DNA from: Octopus vulgaris
Taxonomy: Eukaryota
Direction of reading: 5' to 3'
DNA: 64,000 nt
Assembly: GCA_951406725.2 (NCBI GenBank)
Contig: OX597814.1
Location: 113,460,001-113,524,000, forward strand
Under the pieces are notes generated by a model, which ran no database searches, had not been told where the DNA came from, and saw nothing but the letters and a program-made list of their open reading frames with translations. How positions within the stretch are numbered: the stretch's first letter is position 1; each line of letters begins with the position of its first letter. The translations under genes and the position numbers were made by a program. Shown piece after piece: positions 11,744 to 26,409 of the stretch.

Positions 11744-12331
11744 ATGTGAAAAAGATCCTGGAGCAACCAAAGACGAATATCCATGTCAAAAAAGCTATGC
11801 TTTGAGTTTGGTTGGATAATAAAGACATTATTTATGATGAGCTTCTCCCACAAAAACAGACCATTAATTCTAATGTGTATTGTTGTCAGTTAATTCTAAT
11901 GTGTATTGTTGTCAGAATTGAGACCGGAGATTGCCAACAGGAAAGGGGTAGTGTTCCAACAAGACAATGTCCGACCACATGTATCTCTGGCTATCCGAAC
12001 AAAATTACATAAACTTGGCTGGGATTTCTTACCCCATCCACCATATTCTCCTGATATTGTACCATCTGATTATCACTTGTTTTTGTCTCTATAGAATTCA
12101 TTGCAAGGAAAAACATTTAACGATTTAGATGGAGTCAAAATGCATCTAGATAACTTTTTTTTCTTCAAAACCAGCCAAATTTTATGCTGATGGAATATCT
12201 AAATTGCCTGATAGATAGGCAAAGGCCATTAATAATAATGGAAACCATTTCATTGAATAAAATTTAGTGAAAGGTCAATTATTTATATCCCTTTCTGCAT
12301 ATTAAAAAACGCTCAGAACTTTCCGTACAAC

Positions 12332-12335
<4 letters not shown>
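11598..12335 (+). pseudogene. Mariner (DD34D) transposase relic with right TIR
   Basis: WVPHKL, LVTGDE, QQDNVRPH and HPPYSPDIVPSDYHLF motifs with frameshifts and stops; TIR ...CAGAACTTTCCGTACAACCTAA then TA. Confidence 0.9.
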
Positions 12336-12407
<72 letters not shown>

Positions 12408-12653
12408 TATACATATATGCACCCATACATCCATCCATCCATCCATACATACATACATATATACATTACATATACATTAGACACATGAACAACTGCGAAA
12501 AATTATTGTAAATATAATTTTCCTGGCAGCTGTATGTATATTGCCATTTACAGGATGTGCAATAATCTAGAAATTAATTCAATCTCACTACAAACATACA
12601 GACACACACACACATCCATCCATCCATCCATCCATCCACACACAGACACACAC

Positions 12654-12760
<107 letters not shown>

Positions 12761-13888
12761 CATATATATGTATATGCATACACACACACATATATATATA
12801 TATACGCACATACATACACACATATGTATGTATATACAGTACACATAATATATACAAATTCATACATGTATGTGTTTACATGTATATTGAATATTAATAA
12901 ATGTATATTTTCAAGTATATGTACATATATATATATATATATCTTGAGAGAGAGAGAGAGAGGGGGGGGGGAGAAACACAAACATATACAGAGGCCGTGT
13001 GTGAGCGTTTGTTATTCAAACATTACGAACAGATAAGTAAAGACGATCAACGCCGCTCCTTTCGTTACATCACGCAACAGTGTTACGATTCATCCATCAT
13101 AAATACGACCGCCAAATCCTGGACCACCTTCCAGATGATCTTTCACTAATTAAATTATAAAATTACTCCAATGACAACAACGACAATAACCAACACAACG
13201 ACAATAGTTCCTTCTATGTTTTTTTCTTTTAATTAATTTAAATTCCTTCATTTATCTTTTTGTTTTTTTTTTTGGAATGGATTTTTGTTCGCTTCATTAT
13301 CAGATATTCAAGTGATATCGTCTGCATTTTCCAGCCATACGTTGGTGTTTATTTTTGTAAAGATATACATATAAACATACATATGTACAAACAAAGATAC
13401 ACACACACATAAACGTACACACACTCACAAACGCACACACACACGCACACATCTCTATATAATTATGTATATATAATTATCATTTCTGTAATTTCCTCAC
13501 GTGATATACACACATACAAATGCACGCAAGCACATATATCCAACTATATGTGTGTGTGTGTGTGTGTGCGTGTGTGTGTGTGCATATTTATATATTTATA
13601 TAATTATGTGTGTATTTATATGTATGTTTATATATATATGTGCATGTATACACATACGATCATAAGCTTACATATATACGTGCATACATATATATATCCA
13701 CACACACATATATATCCTTATATACATATATATATATATTGACATGTACGTTATATATGTACACATATACATACATATATAATATATACGTTTATATATA
13801 CACATATACATATAGACACACACATACATATGCATATACATACATATATATGTATATGCATACATAGATACATAGATACATACATACA

Positions 13889-13948
<60 letters not shown>

Positions 13949-13978
13949 CATACATACATACATACACACATACATATA

Positions 13979-14011
<33 letters not shown>

Positions 14012-14350
14012 ATTTCATAAACACGCAGGCATACACACACATACGTTTTTGCATGTGATTTCATGCAATCATAACCCCACACGTCTATATAAACATACAG
14101 CAGGGTCTGTTTGGCAGTATACACTCGCATATATATATATCTATATATATATATATAGTCACAGACAATCACAGATACATTACACACTCCTTCAAATACA
14201 AACTTACATAAACATTCGCATCCGTACGCGCACAGCTGCACACATGTATACACACACAGCCACATATCGACACAGTCACTTTTATTAAACATATCAAAAT
14301 TTATAAGTAAATTTGCTATTTATATTATAATTAAAAGCAAATAATTATCT

Positions 14351-14390
<40 letters not shown>

Positions 14391-14876
14391 ATTGAAGCTT
14401 TAATCATTTTTCTCATGCTGCGCATAATAATGAAAGATAAGAAAACCAAGCGCCATCTTTTTATCTCGCGTTCTCTTTCCTGTTTATAAAAGGAAGATTA
14501 TTTTGACGTAACTAGAATTGCGTGAGAAGATGTGTAATGATTGTTCTTTCTAAATGTCCCGTCTCAAAGAATGCGTATATTTTCGTATATTTAATATGGT
14601 TTACAAAGGTTATGGTATATATGGCAAGATTTTCTGAATTCCAGTGTTTGGATGTCATTCGTTCTTGACCAATTATAACGTTTTCGGCTGATATGTTTGC
14701 GTGGTTAAGAAGTTAGCTTTCTAATCACGTGATTATGGGTTCTATCCCATTGCAAAGCACCTTACGTAAGTGTCTTCTAATGTAGCCCTGGGCCAACCAA
14801 TGCTGTGAGAGTGAATTTGGTGTGGGAGATCGTCATGTGTGAGTGTGTGTGTGTATGCGTATGTGTGTGTGTATAC

Positions 14877-14924
<48 letters not shown>

Positions 14925-15042
14925 TTATATATGTATACACACAATTATTTAACAAGAACAGTATGGACTGTAACTTCGTAGTTTCGGCCAGCTAAACCAC
15001 CATCGGACTATCTGCCACTTCAATAATATGTTTGTTAAAAAA

Positions 15043-15490
15043 GTCGGAGAGTTGGCAGAAACGTTAGCACGCCGGGCGAGATGCTTAGCGGTACTTCGTC
15101 TGACTTTACATTCTGAGTTCAAATTCCTCCGAGGTCGACTTTGCCTTTCATCCAATCGGGGTCGATAAATTAAGTACCAGTTGCGTACTGGGGTCGATAT
15201 AATCGACTGGGCCCCCGTCCCCCAAAATTTCGGGCCTTGTGCCTAGAGTAGAAAAGAATTTCATAACGTCTGAAAGGCGGCGAGCTGGCAGAAACGTTAG
15301 TACGCCGGGCGAAATGCGTAGCCGTATTTCGTCTGCCGTTGCGTTCTGAGTTCAAATTCCGCCGAGGTCGACTTTGCCTTTCATCCTTTCGGGGTGGCTA
15401 AATTAAGTACTAGTTGCGTACTCGGGTCGATATAATCGACTGGCCCCCTCCACGAAACTTTCGGACCCTGTTCCCAGAATAGAAAAGAAT
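15043..15490 (+). mobile_element. SINE family B tandem dimer (tRNA-derived; Meta/MESC-like central domain)
   Basis: Head GGCGGCGAGCTGGCAGAAACGTTAG...GAGTTCAAATTCC (B box), core GTCGACTTTGCCTTTCATCCTTTCGGGGTCGATAAATTAAGTACCAG; many copies in the window. Confidence 0.8.
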
Positions 15491-16509
15491 ATTTATTTAT
15501 TGACAGTAATCCACAGTATACGTAGATTAGCATTGTGTCTCTAGACTCGTGGGGCGTTGGATAACTCCTCAGTTTGTCTTTACTTTAAGGCTGCATTGTA
15601 TATATTATCAAACAGTCAGGAGAGGCCACTTAAAAGCACTGGTCAATGGGTTCGTTCCAGACATCGATCGAAAAGCAAAAAAACACATTGCTATAATGTT
15701 TATAGTTCCGGGGCTTTGCTAAACAAGATTAGTAATGATTAGAGTTATTTCTGGCTAACGTTTTTAATCAATTTTAATTTTAATTTAATTCTAATTTATT
15801 TAATCATTACTACGAGCGAGGTCATAAAAAGTATTTACGAAATGTACCTCGTGACTTTACATATAGGTCAAAAGTTGAAGTTAAAACACAATAAACACAA
15901 AGGACACGAGACTTATCTCCCATTGCGACACGCACACACATATACACATACGCGAACACGGTATATCGGATAGTTTTATTGTGGGGTAAGTTCTGTTTTC
16001 ATGCAACGATTATAAATCCTGTCCCTGGTTTTCTTACAAATTCCCCCCATTCATCCCCTCGTCCTGTCATAGAATGACCATAATACGCCGGTCAATTTGA
16101 TACGCTATCTTTCCTTCACTTGATTCCGCAGGCTTTTATTTCCAGCTTCTTTTGTTATCAGTCTTCAAGTATTGTATTTTGTATTTGGCTTTAAGCTCCT
16201 TCTGTGTTCCTAACCTCTGTTCTTCTATCTACGTTTTTATTTTGTCAGTAGAGAATAACTTTCTCATCCCAGGTTCTTCTTTATTGTCAAATTCTATGTT
16301 TCAATACGTTTTTCTCAGCAGAAAATACACATTTTATCCGGCTCTTTACGTTCTGTGTTCAGATCCTACCAAGGTCAACTTTGCTTTTTATCCTTCCGAG
16401 CACAGGGGTCATTATAATCCTTTCAAAATTGGTGGTCTTGTGCCAAAATTAGAACGAGTCCTTACTGTTACCTCAGTGTGTGTGTGTACACTAAAGTGTG
16501 TGGAAGTCT

Positions 16510-16745
16510 ATCTATTTCTCTACTACCCACAAGGGGCTAAATACAGAGAGGACAAACAAGGACAGACAAACGGATTAAGTCGATTATATCGACCCCAGTG
16601 CGTCACTGGTACTTATTTAATCGACCCCGAAAGGATGAAAGGCAAAGTCGACCTCGGCGGAATTTGAACTCAGAACGTAACGTCAGACGAAATACGGCTA
16701 CGCATTTTGCCCGGCGTGCTAACGTTTCTGCCAGTTCACCGCCTT
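16510..16745 (-). mobile_element. SINE family B
   Basis: Reverse complement of the family B pattern. Confidence 0.8.
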
Positions 16746-17069
16746 CGTGTGTGGAAGTTTATCTCAATAATAATCAAGTCAAATTATAATGTATAAGTGC
16801 AAGGCTTTCAAAATGACACAAAATGCTTGAGTTTAATTAAACCAGAGACACGTTTCTCTGCTAGTATAATTGAAATAGAGTAATTAGACATTGGCAGCAC
16901 CAAACATGAATTGAACTGTTAGTTCGGTGCCATAGATATTAAATTCCTGTAGAAATTAAAATTATTAATAAAAAGAATATGTGCGAATCATAATCGAATA
17001 AATTTCTCTGTGAAGTTTTGGCACCTTAACACATACACGTACAATTTAACACATTTCATATAATTTTTC

Positions 17070-17228
17070 TACTTTTGGCACAAGGCCTGAAATTTTTGGG
17101 CAGGGTGTCAGTCGATTTGATCGATCCCAGTACGCAACTGGTACTTAATTTATCGACCCCGAAAGGATGAAAGGCAAAGTCGACCTCGGCGGAATTTGAA
17201 CTCAGAACGTAAAGACAGACGAAATACA
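17070..17228 (-). mobile_element. SINE family B, headless
   Basis: Core and tail match. Confidence 0.75.
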
Positions 17229-17523
17229 ACACATTTCATATCATGAATGTAGTGATGGCAAGCGCATGCGTACACACTTGCACTCATTAGCATAGAAGGG
17301 CGTTTATTTGCATAAATACACTTAACGCATAGAAAATACAAATACATATATTTACATAGATGCAGGAGTAGCTATGTGGTTAACAAATGTGTTTGTTACC
17401 CATAGGTTCACAGTTCGATACCGATGCGCGGCAGTTTGATTCGTTTTTTTTTTTGTAGTCTGAGGTTCAATGCGGTGTGGAATTTGATAGCCGGAAACTT
17501 TGCGGATGCTTGCCATATATATA

Positions 17524-17582
<59 letters not shown>

Positions 17583-17589
17583 TTATTCA

Positions 17590-17990
17590 TTTAAAATATG
17601 ATTACCATCGTTAGCAGCAATGTTTTCCCACTTTCAGACGAGTTTCTAATTCCTCTGGCGAAAAATCAGGTTCTATAGAGGAGAAAATACGTCTGGAGTG
17701 CCCATTTGACATCATCCCTACCTATGATTGCTTTTCACTGCTAAAGTGTTCAAGTGACCCGAATGATTGAAAATCTGATAGTGCTGGGTCTAGCAAGTAG
17801 GGTATGCGAGGTAGAGCTTCCCTGCCCAATGAATGTATCTTCTCTTGGGAGACCTTCACTGAATGTGGCCTCGCACTATAATGTTTTAAGGTTACTCCAT
17901 TTCAACTGTACCCTACTTCCCCAATCTACTCGAAATGATCTTGCAGAGTGAATCAAGGTTTATTAATAATCCATGATAAATCTTCGATAT
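17590..17990 (-). pseudogene. Highly degraded mariner transposase 3' fragment
   Basis: Minus strand near 17740-17810 reads ~AYPTC*-DPALSDFQSFGSLEHF, resembling PHPPYSPDLAPSDFHLFGSL. Confidence 0.5.
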
Positions 17991-18079
17991 TTTGACGTAG
18001 GTCCTCTCGTGCGTGCTATAATGTCAGACTATTTGCTTGAAGATGTGTGACTACTTTTCGGTATCCTAACTATTTAAAT

Positions 18080-18389
18080 CAGTGATTCTCAACCGGGGTC
18101 CATATGGTTCCTGATCGTCCAAATAAGCGTTTTGGGGTTCACGACAAAAAAAAAAAACAAAAAAAAAAAGATCTATGTATTGGTATGTATTGTAAGAAAC
18201 AGCTAGGTTTCTTTTGGTAACATTTTACTTAGTTCAACCTACACAAGTTAATGTGTGAAAAACAAAATAGGAATTTTGAAAGAAATTTCTAAAAAAACTA
18301 GTTTTTAAACATCAAGTGGCTATGGGAGTCCACCAGAATAAAATAGTAATCAAAGTGGCTCATAGATGAAAAATGGTTGAGAACCCCTG
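18080..18389. mobile_element. hAT (Charlie-like) MITE
   Basis: TIRs CAGTGATTCTCAACC / GGTTGAGAACCCCTG; 8-bp TSD ATTTAAAT/ATTTATAT. Confidence 0.85.
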
Positions 18390-18486
18390 ATTTATATTAT
18401 AAACATGAGGAATATGAAAACAAACAGTTGTGTAGAGTGTTACACATATTCTACCGAAGTATCGTGTTGATTATTCAATCGGGAGA

Positions 18487-18945
18487 AGGCAGCGAGCTGG
18501 CAGAAACGTTAGCACGCTGGGCGAAATGCTTAGCGATATTTCGTCTGCCGTTACGTTCTGAGTTCAAATTCCGCCGAGTCGTCGACGATTTGACTTAATC
18601 CGTTTGTCTGTCCTTGTTTGTCCCCTCTTGTTTAGCCCTCGAGCACGCCGGCGAGTCGATAAATTAAGTACCAGTTACGCACTGGGGTCGATATAATCGA
18701 CTTAATCCGTTTGTCTGTCTTTGTTTGTCCCCTCTGTGTTTAGCCCCTCGAGCACGCCGGGCGAAATGCTTACTGATATTTCGTGTCTTTACGTTCTGAG
18801 TTCAAAATCCACCGAGCTTGCCTTTACCTTTCATCCTTTCGGAGTCGATAAATTAAGTACCAGTTACATACTGGCGTTGATCCAATCATCTGGCCTCTCA
18901 CTCCAAAAAATTCGGGTCTTCTGCCTAGAGAAAAAAAGATTATTC
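18487..18945 (+). mobile_element. SINE family B rearranged multimer
   Basis: Three partial monomers joined at recurring GAGCACGCCGG/GAGTCG junctions. Confidence 0.75.
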
Positions 18946-19191
18946 AATCGGGAGAAGTATTTTATTGTCGAGGTCGTGCTTTAGGCATCTTGAACTATAA
19001 GAAAACACATTTCCTAAGAAGAACATTCTACTGAAGATGTCATGGAGCTGATATCATTCACTGTCAACTGTTATGTCGGTCTTAAAACAACTTCGTTGTG
19101 TATGAGAGAAATGTTGCGTGGCAAAACAAAATGATTAAGCGAGAGTAGGCGTGGTGCCTGTAAGAGCAGCGCAAACCGTTATCATATCCCC

Positions 19192-19262
<71 letters not shown>

Positions 19263-19648
19263 CGCACTGAAACACACAAACGCACATATATTAATGGGTG
19301 AGTCATCGAGTGCAGGAATACTTCTCATGTCGATACAAAGACCGTACACACACAATTACACATACACACAAATACCTATTTATATATATATATATATATA
19401 TATGAGCACATGCCGAATATTATAGAAGTGTTCCATCAATGTCGCCGTCAAGCTACCCACTCCACCATCGTTCATCATCATCAGCATCTTTATCATCGTC
19501 TTCATCAACAACAGCTTCAATATCCACCCCTTCATCCTCTTCATTAACATCATCATCCTTCGTAACAGCATTGGTATCAATAGCTTCCTCTTCTCCAACG
19601 CTAATCATCATCATCCTTATTCTCTTGCCGTCAGTTACTCAGGCACAC

Positions 19649-19703
<55 letters not shown>

Positions 19704-20394
19704 GCACATGCACACACGCATGATGGCCTCTCATTGCCCTGATGCAGTACCAGGCATTGGCTCTCATTGCTTTTGATCTTAACTAATTGGAAGTGTTATC
19801 ATGTGCATTGTTTTGTCTTGGTATAAAAAGATGGGCTACAGCAAATATTCTGCTCAATACCATAGATCTGCTTATCATTTGCTTGACCATAACCAGTTGA
19901 GCATGTCCCTTGTTGGCTGACAATATGAGCATCTCTGATCACGAGCAGAAGTATGGGGGTGATGGGGCATCATAGACATAGGGCTTTCTTGGGGTTTGAA
20001 TAATTAATCCTTGGAAACATAAGTATTTCGTTTAGCATCCTCAATTAACCCTTGTTCGAGGACCTTTTGAGCGGGATGGGCTACCCGATCTGAAGAAAAT
20101 TCGAACTGGGTCCCACCTGCAAGGCCATGCGCTGTTTATCTTGATATGAGATCACCATGTCGCGCACATATGGTTGTGATGCATGTGCCGGTGTACCCTT
20201 ATCAGACAGGTAGTCACGAAACGTCACTTGGATAGCAAGTGCTGCTCTCTCACTCAACAATAACAACGATGATAATAATCTGGTGTCCTTATTTTAATGA
20301 CATACTAATGTATACAGTGAGTTTCTTTGCCCTAGGTGTCAGGAAGACACTCGACAAGAAATAGAAGCAAAATTAAAAGAAGAGGATAATAATA

Positions 20395-20605
20395 CCGGTT
20401 TCAAATTTTGCCTCAAGGGCAACAATTTTGGGGAAGAGGATGAGTTGATTGCATCGACTCCAGTTTTCGACTGGTACTTATTTTCATCGACTCCGAAAGA
20501 ATGAAAGGCAAAAATCGACCTTATCAGAATTTGAACTCAGAACGGAGCGACGGGCGAAATACCGCTATGTATTCCGTCCAGCGTACAAACGATTCTGATA
20601 GCTAA
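20395..20605 (-). mobile_element. SINE family B (diverged)
   Basis: Core and head similarity. Confidence 0.65.
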
Positions 20606-20711
20606 TAATAATAATAATTGTGAGTTAAGTAAAATCTAGGCAACGAATTGCCTCAGTAGCCTTTCCTGAAGAAACCTGGCTAGCATTGTGTTCGAACAGC
20701 AGCGTAAACAT

Positions 20712-20994
20712 TGTTGCTCCTTCTTGAGCCATGCCTGGCTCATAAGGGCCGGATTCCCAGTTTCATTGGCGTACAGGTTCTCCACCTGGATGAGACACCG
20801 GTGAGCTGCTAGGTGCAGGAGGAAAGAGTGAAAGAAAGAGTCGGCAGAAGTTCGCCATTACCTTCAGCCGGAGCCGTGTGGAACTTAGGTGTTTCGCTCA
20901 TAAACACACACACACATCGCCCGGTTTGAGACTCGAACCCATGGTCACTCGACCGCGAGTCCGCTGCTCCGACCACTAGGTCATGTGCCTTCAC
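20712..20994 (-). mobile_element. SINE family C (tRNA-derived)
   Basis: Minus-strand A box TGACCTAGTGG and B box GGTTCGAGTC; related to 35655-36022. Confidence 0.7.
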
Positions 20995-21319
20995 AGCGGA
21001 AAGATTACAAGTTTTAATTAACCAAAGATGGATTTGTCGTACTTCGGTGAATTATAATAGGGATAATTCGCCAATCCAAGGCATGTATAGCCTAATTCTC
21101 TCAGAGTCAATAACAATACTTTTAATTGTGTTTAAGAGAAGTCAGATTAATGTTACGTACGTTTCCATGAACGAACGCCAATTATTTACCATTGCATACA
21201 AAATTATGTAATTTATGCAACATATTTAGTGCTTATTCACTTCTAGCATAATTTGAATCACCACCAGCTTATTCTTTTCTACTCTAGGCAGAATGGCTCA
21301 AACAGGTAAAAGAATAAAA

Positions 21320-21481
21320 GGAGTGGCTGTGTGGTAAGTAGCTTGCTTACCAACCACACGGTTCCGGGTTCATTCCCACTGCGTGGCATCTTGGACCCAA
21401 GTGTCTTCTACTATAGCCTCGGGCCGACCAAAGCCTTGTGAGTAGGTTTGGTAGACAGAAACTCAAAGAAGCCCGTCGTAT

Positions 21482-21551
<70 letters not shown>

Positions 21552-21777
21552 ATGTATGTGTGTGTGTATATGTTTGTGTGTCTGTGTTTGTCCCTCCAAC
21601 ATCGCTTGACAACCGATGCTGGTGTGTTTACGTCCCCCGTAACTTAGCGGTTCGGCAAAAGACACCGATAGAATAAGTACTAGGCTTACAAAGAATAAGT
21701 CCTGCGGTCGATTTGCTCGACTAAAGGCGGGGTTCCAGCTTGGCCGCAGTTAAAATGACTGAAACAAATAAAAGAAT
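21320..21777 (+). mobile_element. SINE family A, full length, with internal (TA)n(TG)n
   Basis: A-box-like GTGGCTGTGTGGTAAG, B-box-like GGTTCATTCCC; ~20 related copies in the window; AAAAGA-type tail. Confidence 0.85.
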
Positions 21778-22149
21778 GGTAGATTCATTTTCATAAAACG
21801 TGCTCAGTAGTCCATGCTATGTAAGTGCAAATCCCAACGCTTTATGGGATAATGCTAATATCGCTTGCTGTCACTAAGTTTATTGTTATTATCAATTATT
21901 TATTTCGTTTTGGGATTGGGTTTGCAAGATTCTTGATGTGAGTTCGTGTGTTGAAGCATATTCTGTTGTGTCTGGGGAGAGTCATTTTCTATTTGTGCCT
22001 TATAATGTAACACACTCACCAGTAAAATTTCCACTTATTTCTTATTTTTATTTTCCGCTGATAACAATAGTAATAATAATAATAACATTTTTACGAGTAT
22101 TCATTTTGAATATTTACTCATATATATATATATATATATATATATTGGC

Positions 22150-22540
22150 GCAGGTGACTGTGTGGTAAGAAGTTTGTTTCCCAACCACATGGTTCCGGGT
22201 TCAGTCTCATCTGCGTGGCCCCTTGGACAAGTGACTCCGAGTTGATTTGGTAGACGGAAACTGTAGTGAAGCTCATCGTGTGGGTGTGTCTGTGTGCGGG
22301 TGTATCTTTGTATCTGCGTTTGTCCCCTACAACCGCTTGACAACCGATGTTGGTGTGTTTACGTCTCTGTTACCTAATGTTCGTCAAAAGAACCGTTAGA
22401 ATAAGTACCTGCCTAAAAAAATAAAAAAGCAAAGGTAAAAAATTAATAAATAGTGGTGGGTGTCATTTCGTTGGACTAAAAATTCCTCAAGGTGGTGCTC
22501 CAGCATGGCCGCAATCAAAAGACAAGTAAACGATAAAAGA
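22150..22540 (+). mobile_element. SINE family A
   Basis: Head, body and tail similarity to 21320-21777. Confidence 0.75.
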
Positions 22541-22989
22541 TAAATGACATTGATATATAAAAATCTTACCTCTCTCTTTCTTTTTCTTTTTCCTTCTTTC
22601 CTTCCTCGTCTTTATTCTCTTCCCACCTCTTTCTTTATGTATCACTAATTCGTTCTTTCTATCTCACCCTCACTCTTCCTTTTCGTCTTACCACCTCACC
22701 ATTCTTTTTATAATTACATACATCCTACCCACCCCTCTTATCTCACTAGACTCTTCTATCACCCAACCTTTCTCCCTCCCTCACTCTCTCACACACACGA
22801 TCACCATTTTCTGTTTCTCGTCTTATATTTCTTTATACATCTTTCTGTCTTCACTCATTCTCCTCCTTCGTTCGCAGCCGACGTCTCTGTCGACCAATCA
22901 AATTGCACGACTGAAGGAAAAAAATGCAAAAAAAAAAAAAATTACTTAACGTACTGAGCCAATAAGAGCTTGTTGGAATAATATAGTCT

Positions 22990-23362
22990 TTCTATTACAG
23001 ACACAAAGCCCGAAATTTTAGGGGAAGGGGCCAGTCGATTAGATTGACCGCAGTACGCAACTGGTACTTATTTTATCGACGCCGAAAGGATGAAAGGCAA
23101 AGTCGACCTCGGCGGAATTTGAACTCAGAACGTAGCGGCAGACGAAATACCTATTTCTTTACTAACCACAAGGGGCTGAACATAGAGGGGACAAACAAGG
23201 ACAGACAAACGGATTAAGTCGATTACATCGACCCCAGTGCGTAACTGGCACTTTATTTATCGACCCCGAGAGGATGAAAGGCAGAGTCGACCTTGGCGGA
23301 TTTGAACTCAGAATGTAAGCATTTCGCCCAGCGTGCTAACGCTTCTGCCAGCTCGCCGCCTT
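22990..23362 (-). mobile_element. SINE family B dimer
   Basis: Two tandem core domains. Confidence 0.8.
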
Positions 23363-23658
23363 GTTGAGATAATATAATAAAAACAAATAAATTAGCTATA
23401 TCTCTATCACGCGTGGCTGTGGGGTGAAAAGTTTGCTTTTTAACTACATGGTTCCAGGTTCAGTCCAACTGCGAATCATGTAGTCCTACTTGTGAATAGA
23501 CTTGGCAAACGGAAAATGAAGAGAGGCTCGTCATGCAGTTCGGCACAAGAAACCGATAGAACAAGTACCAAAGCTTAGAAAAGAAGTCCTGAGGCAAATT
23601 GTACGACTGCGATCAGTAATATATAAGTGTATATATATATAAATGTTTATATGTATAT

Positions 23659-23705
<47 letters not shown>

Positions 23706-23792
23706 TTGTATATATGTATAGATATGTATATTTGTATATATGTATAGATATGTATGTATATTTGTATAGATATGTATGTATATTTGTATATA

Positions 23793-23834
<42 letters not shown>

Positions 23835-24114
23835 TATATATATATATATAGTTATATATATGTGTGTATATATATATATGTGTGTATACATATGTGTTTA
23901 TATATATATATGTGTGTATGTGTGTATACATATGTGTATATATATATATATATATGTGTGTATGTGTATATACATATGTGTATATATATGTATATATATG
24001 TGTGTGTGTGTGTATACATAGGTGTATATAAATATATGTGTGTATATACATGTGTATATATATATGTGTGTGTGTATATACATATGAATATATATATATA
24101 TGTGTATACATATA

Positions 24115-24264
24115 TGTGTGGTAAGAAGCTTGCTTCCTAACCACGTGGTTCCGGGTTCAGTCCCACGGGCAAGTCACATTGGAAAGTGTCTTCTGCTATA
24201 GCCTCAAGCCGACAAAAGCCTTGGGAATTTATTTTGGTAGACGGAAACTGAAAGAAACCTGTCG

Positions 24265-24306
<42 letters not shown>

Positions 24307-24565
24307 CATATATATATATATGTGTGTGTGTGTATGTGTGTATGGGTGTATATGTGTATATATTTGTGTGTCTGCGTTTGTCCCCACCCACCATCGCTCG
24401 ACAACCGATATTGGTGTGTTTACGTCCCCGTAACTTAGCGGTTCGGCCTAAGAAACCGATAGAACAAATACAAGGTTTACAAAGAATGTCCTGGTGTCGA
24501 TTTGTTTGATTAAAGGCGGTGCTCCAGCATGGCCTCATTCAAATGACTGAAACAAATAAAAGAAT
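24115..24565 (+). mobile_element. SINE family A
   Basis: Near full-length match with internal microsatellite. Confidence 0.8.
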
Positions 24566-25104
24566 ATATATATATTAAATTTGTTTACGGTAAACGTTTA
24601 GTGTATGCTGCTAAAGCTCCTATTCCATTATGCCGGCCACTGTATATAATGATGCTGACTGGTGAACCAGTTTTTGGAGTTGCATCGGGCTGTACTGATG
24701 TAATGTAGGATAGATATAGAAATGATTGATACCAATAATCCTTGGATGGAATTTATAAACATTAAATGCATAACTACACGCGTTTCTGTATTCCTATGAT
24801 GGTTACAGCGTATTCCGTAGTATCCGTAAGCTTCGTGTTGATCATCTTCATGGATTCATCTCTTCAGGCGATATAACATTAATGGATGTTTACCAGAGGA
24901 ATGTGTATCCATTTGACCAGTGTTAACCTTCCCACAACAGTAACTTTTATAATTCCTTACGGGTGCCAACGATGGCTGTGTGGTTAAGAAGGACGCTTTG
25001 CAACAACGTATTTACGGCATTTCGGGCAAAATCTCGACCGACCGATACCTGTGATTAACTTTAGCAGGCGGAAACTGTATAGAAGCCCGACACACACACA
25101 CGTA

Positions 25105-25255
25105 TGGGCCTCTTTCAGTTTCCGTCTACCAAATCCACTCACAAGGCTTTGGTCGGCTCGAAGCGATAGTAGAAGACATTTGCTCAAGGTGCCACGCAGT
25201 GGGACTGAACCCGGAATCATGTGTTTAGGAAGCAAGGTTCTTACCACACAGCTAT
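25105..25255 (-). mobile_element. SINE family A, 5' half
   Basis: Reverse complement of the head. Confidence 0.75.
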
Positions 25256-25595
25256 TCCAGCACCTATGTATACATGTGTATGTGTTTGTGTGTGTTAGTA
25301 AGATAACGTGATAACGCCGTTAGTAGTATAGACCTCTCTGCCTAACCTACTAACGGCATTGTCCTGTTATCATACACACACACACACACACACACTCACT
25401 CATATGCGCATACTCTTTTATTCGTTTCAGCCATGCAGCTGCGATCATGGTGGAGCACTATATATATAAACATAATAAATAATATTAGGGAAATAAGAAT
25501 TATAGAAAGTTTTTATTACCAGTGGCCTAGCGCAAAAAAATTTTAGTCAATAGACTATATATTATTCATATAAAATTCATATACATTTTATATTT

Positions 25596-25691
<96 letters not shown>

Positions 25692-25692
<1 letters not shown>

Positions 25693-25900
25693 GTGAGCTG
25701 GCAGCATCGTTAGGATGCCGGGGAAAATGCTCAACAGCATTTTGTCCGTCTTGACGTTCTAATTTCAAATTTCGCCGATGTCGACTTTGCCTTTCATCAT
25801 GTCGGTCGCGATAAAATAAGTACCAGCTGCGCACTGAGATCGATGTAATCGACTAAGCCCCCTCCCTCAAACCGCTGGCCTTGTGCCAAAATTTGAAACC
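25692..25900 (+). mobile_element. SINE family B (diverged), followed by a family A 3' half (25908-26105)
   Basis: Similarity to the family patterns. Confidence 0.7.
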
Positions 25901-26223
25901 AACGTATATGTCTTTGTCCCCACCTACCGCTTGGTAACCGGTATTAGTGTGTTTACGTCCTTGTAAGCCAGTGTTTTGGCAAACGTAACCGATAGAATTA
26001 GTACGAGACTTAAAGAAATTAAGTCCTGGGGTTGATTTGCGCAACTAAACCTTTGAAAAAGGTGCCGCATCGTGACCGTTGGCCAATAACCGAAAGAAGT
26101 TAAAGTCAAAACTGGGCATGAGAATCCTTTTGCTCTAAATTCCTTTCATAATGTCTTCAGTTTTTCTTAGTACACAGCCCCTAGTTTGGCCTCGTTTATT
26201 GTAATAAAAAGAGATGGAGCATA

Positions 26224-26405
26224 CGAGGGAGTGTTGAAAAGTTCCTGGCTTTGGGTAAAAGAAAATAACCGCAGGACCAGTTGATCATAATTTTATTCAG
26301 CATTCTTAGATTCACACAATTGTTGCATCGGTCCTTCATTTTTTTAAGCCTCGTGAAAGCCTTCCGTGATACCCTTAAAACCAGGAACTTTTCAGCAATC
26401 CCTCG
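26224..26405. mobile_element. Mariner-derived MITE
   Basis: TIRs CGAGGGAGTGTTGAAAAGTTCCTGG / CCAGGAACTTTTCAGCAATCCCTCG flanked by TA. Confidence 0.8.
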
Positions 26406-26409
26406 TATA

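Noticed and set aside
19720-20220. Possible LINE fragment or exon
   Set aside because: Probably an interspersed repeat, but single-copy here with no diagnostic motif; cannot be classified from sequence alone
20925-20994. tRNA genes at SINE heads
   Set aside because: A/B boxes are present but there is no complete cloverleaf and they continue into SINE bodies
25302-25372. Short hairpins (also 34830-34908 and 63665-63701) as miRNA precursors
   Set aside because: More simply tiny MITE remnants or template-switch scars; no supporting evidence
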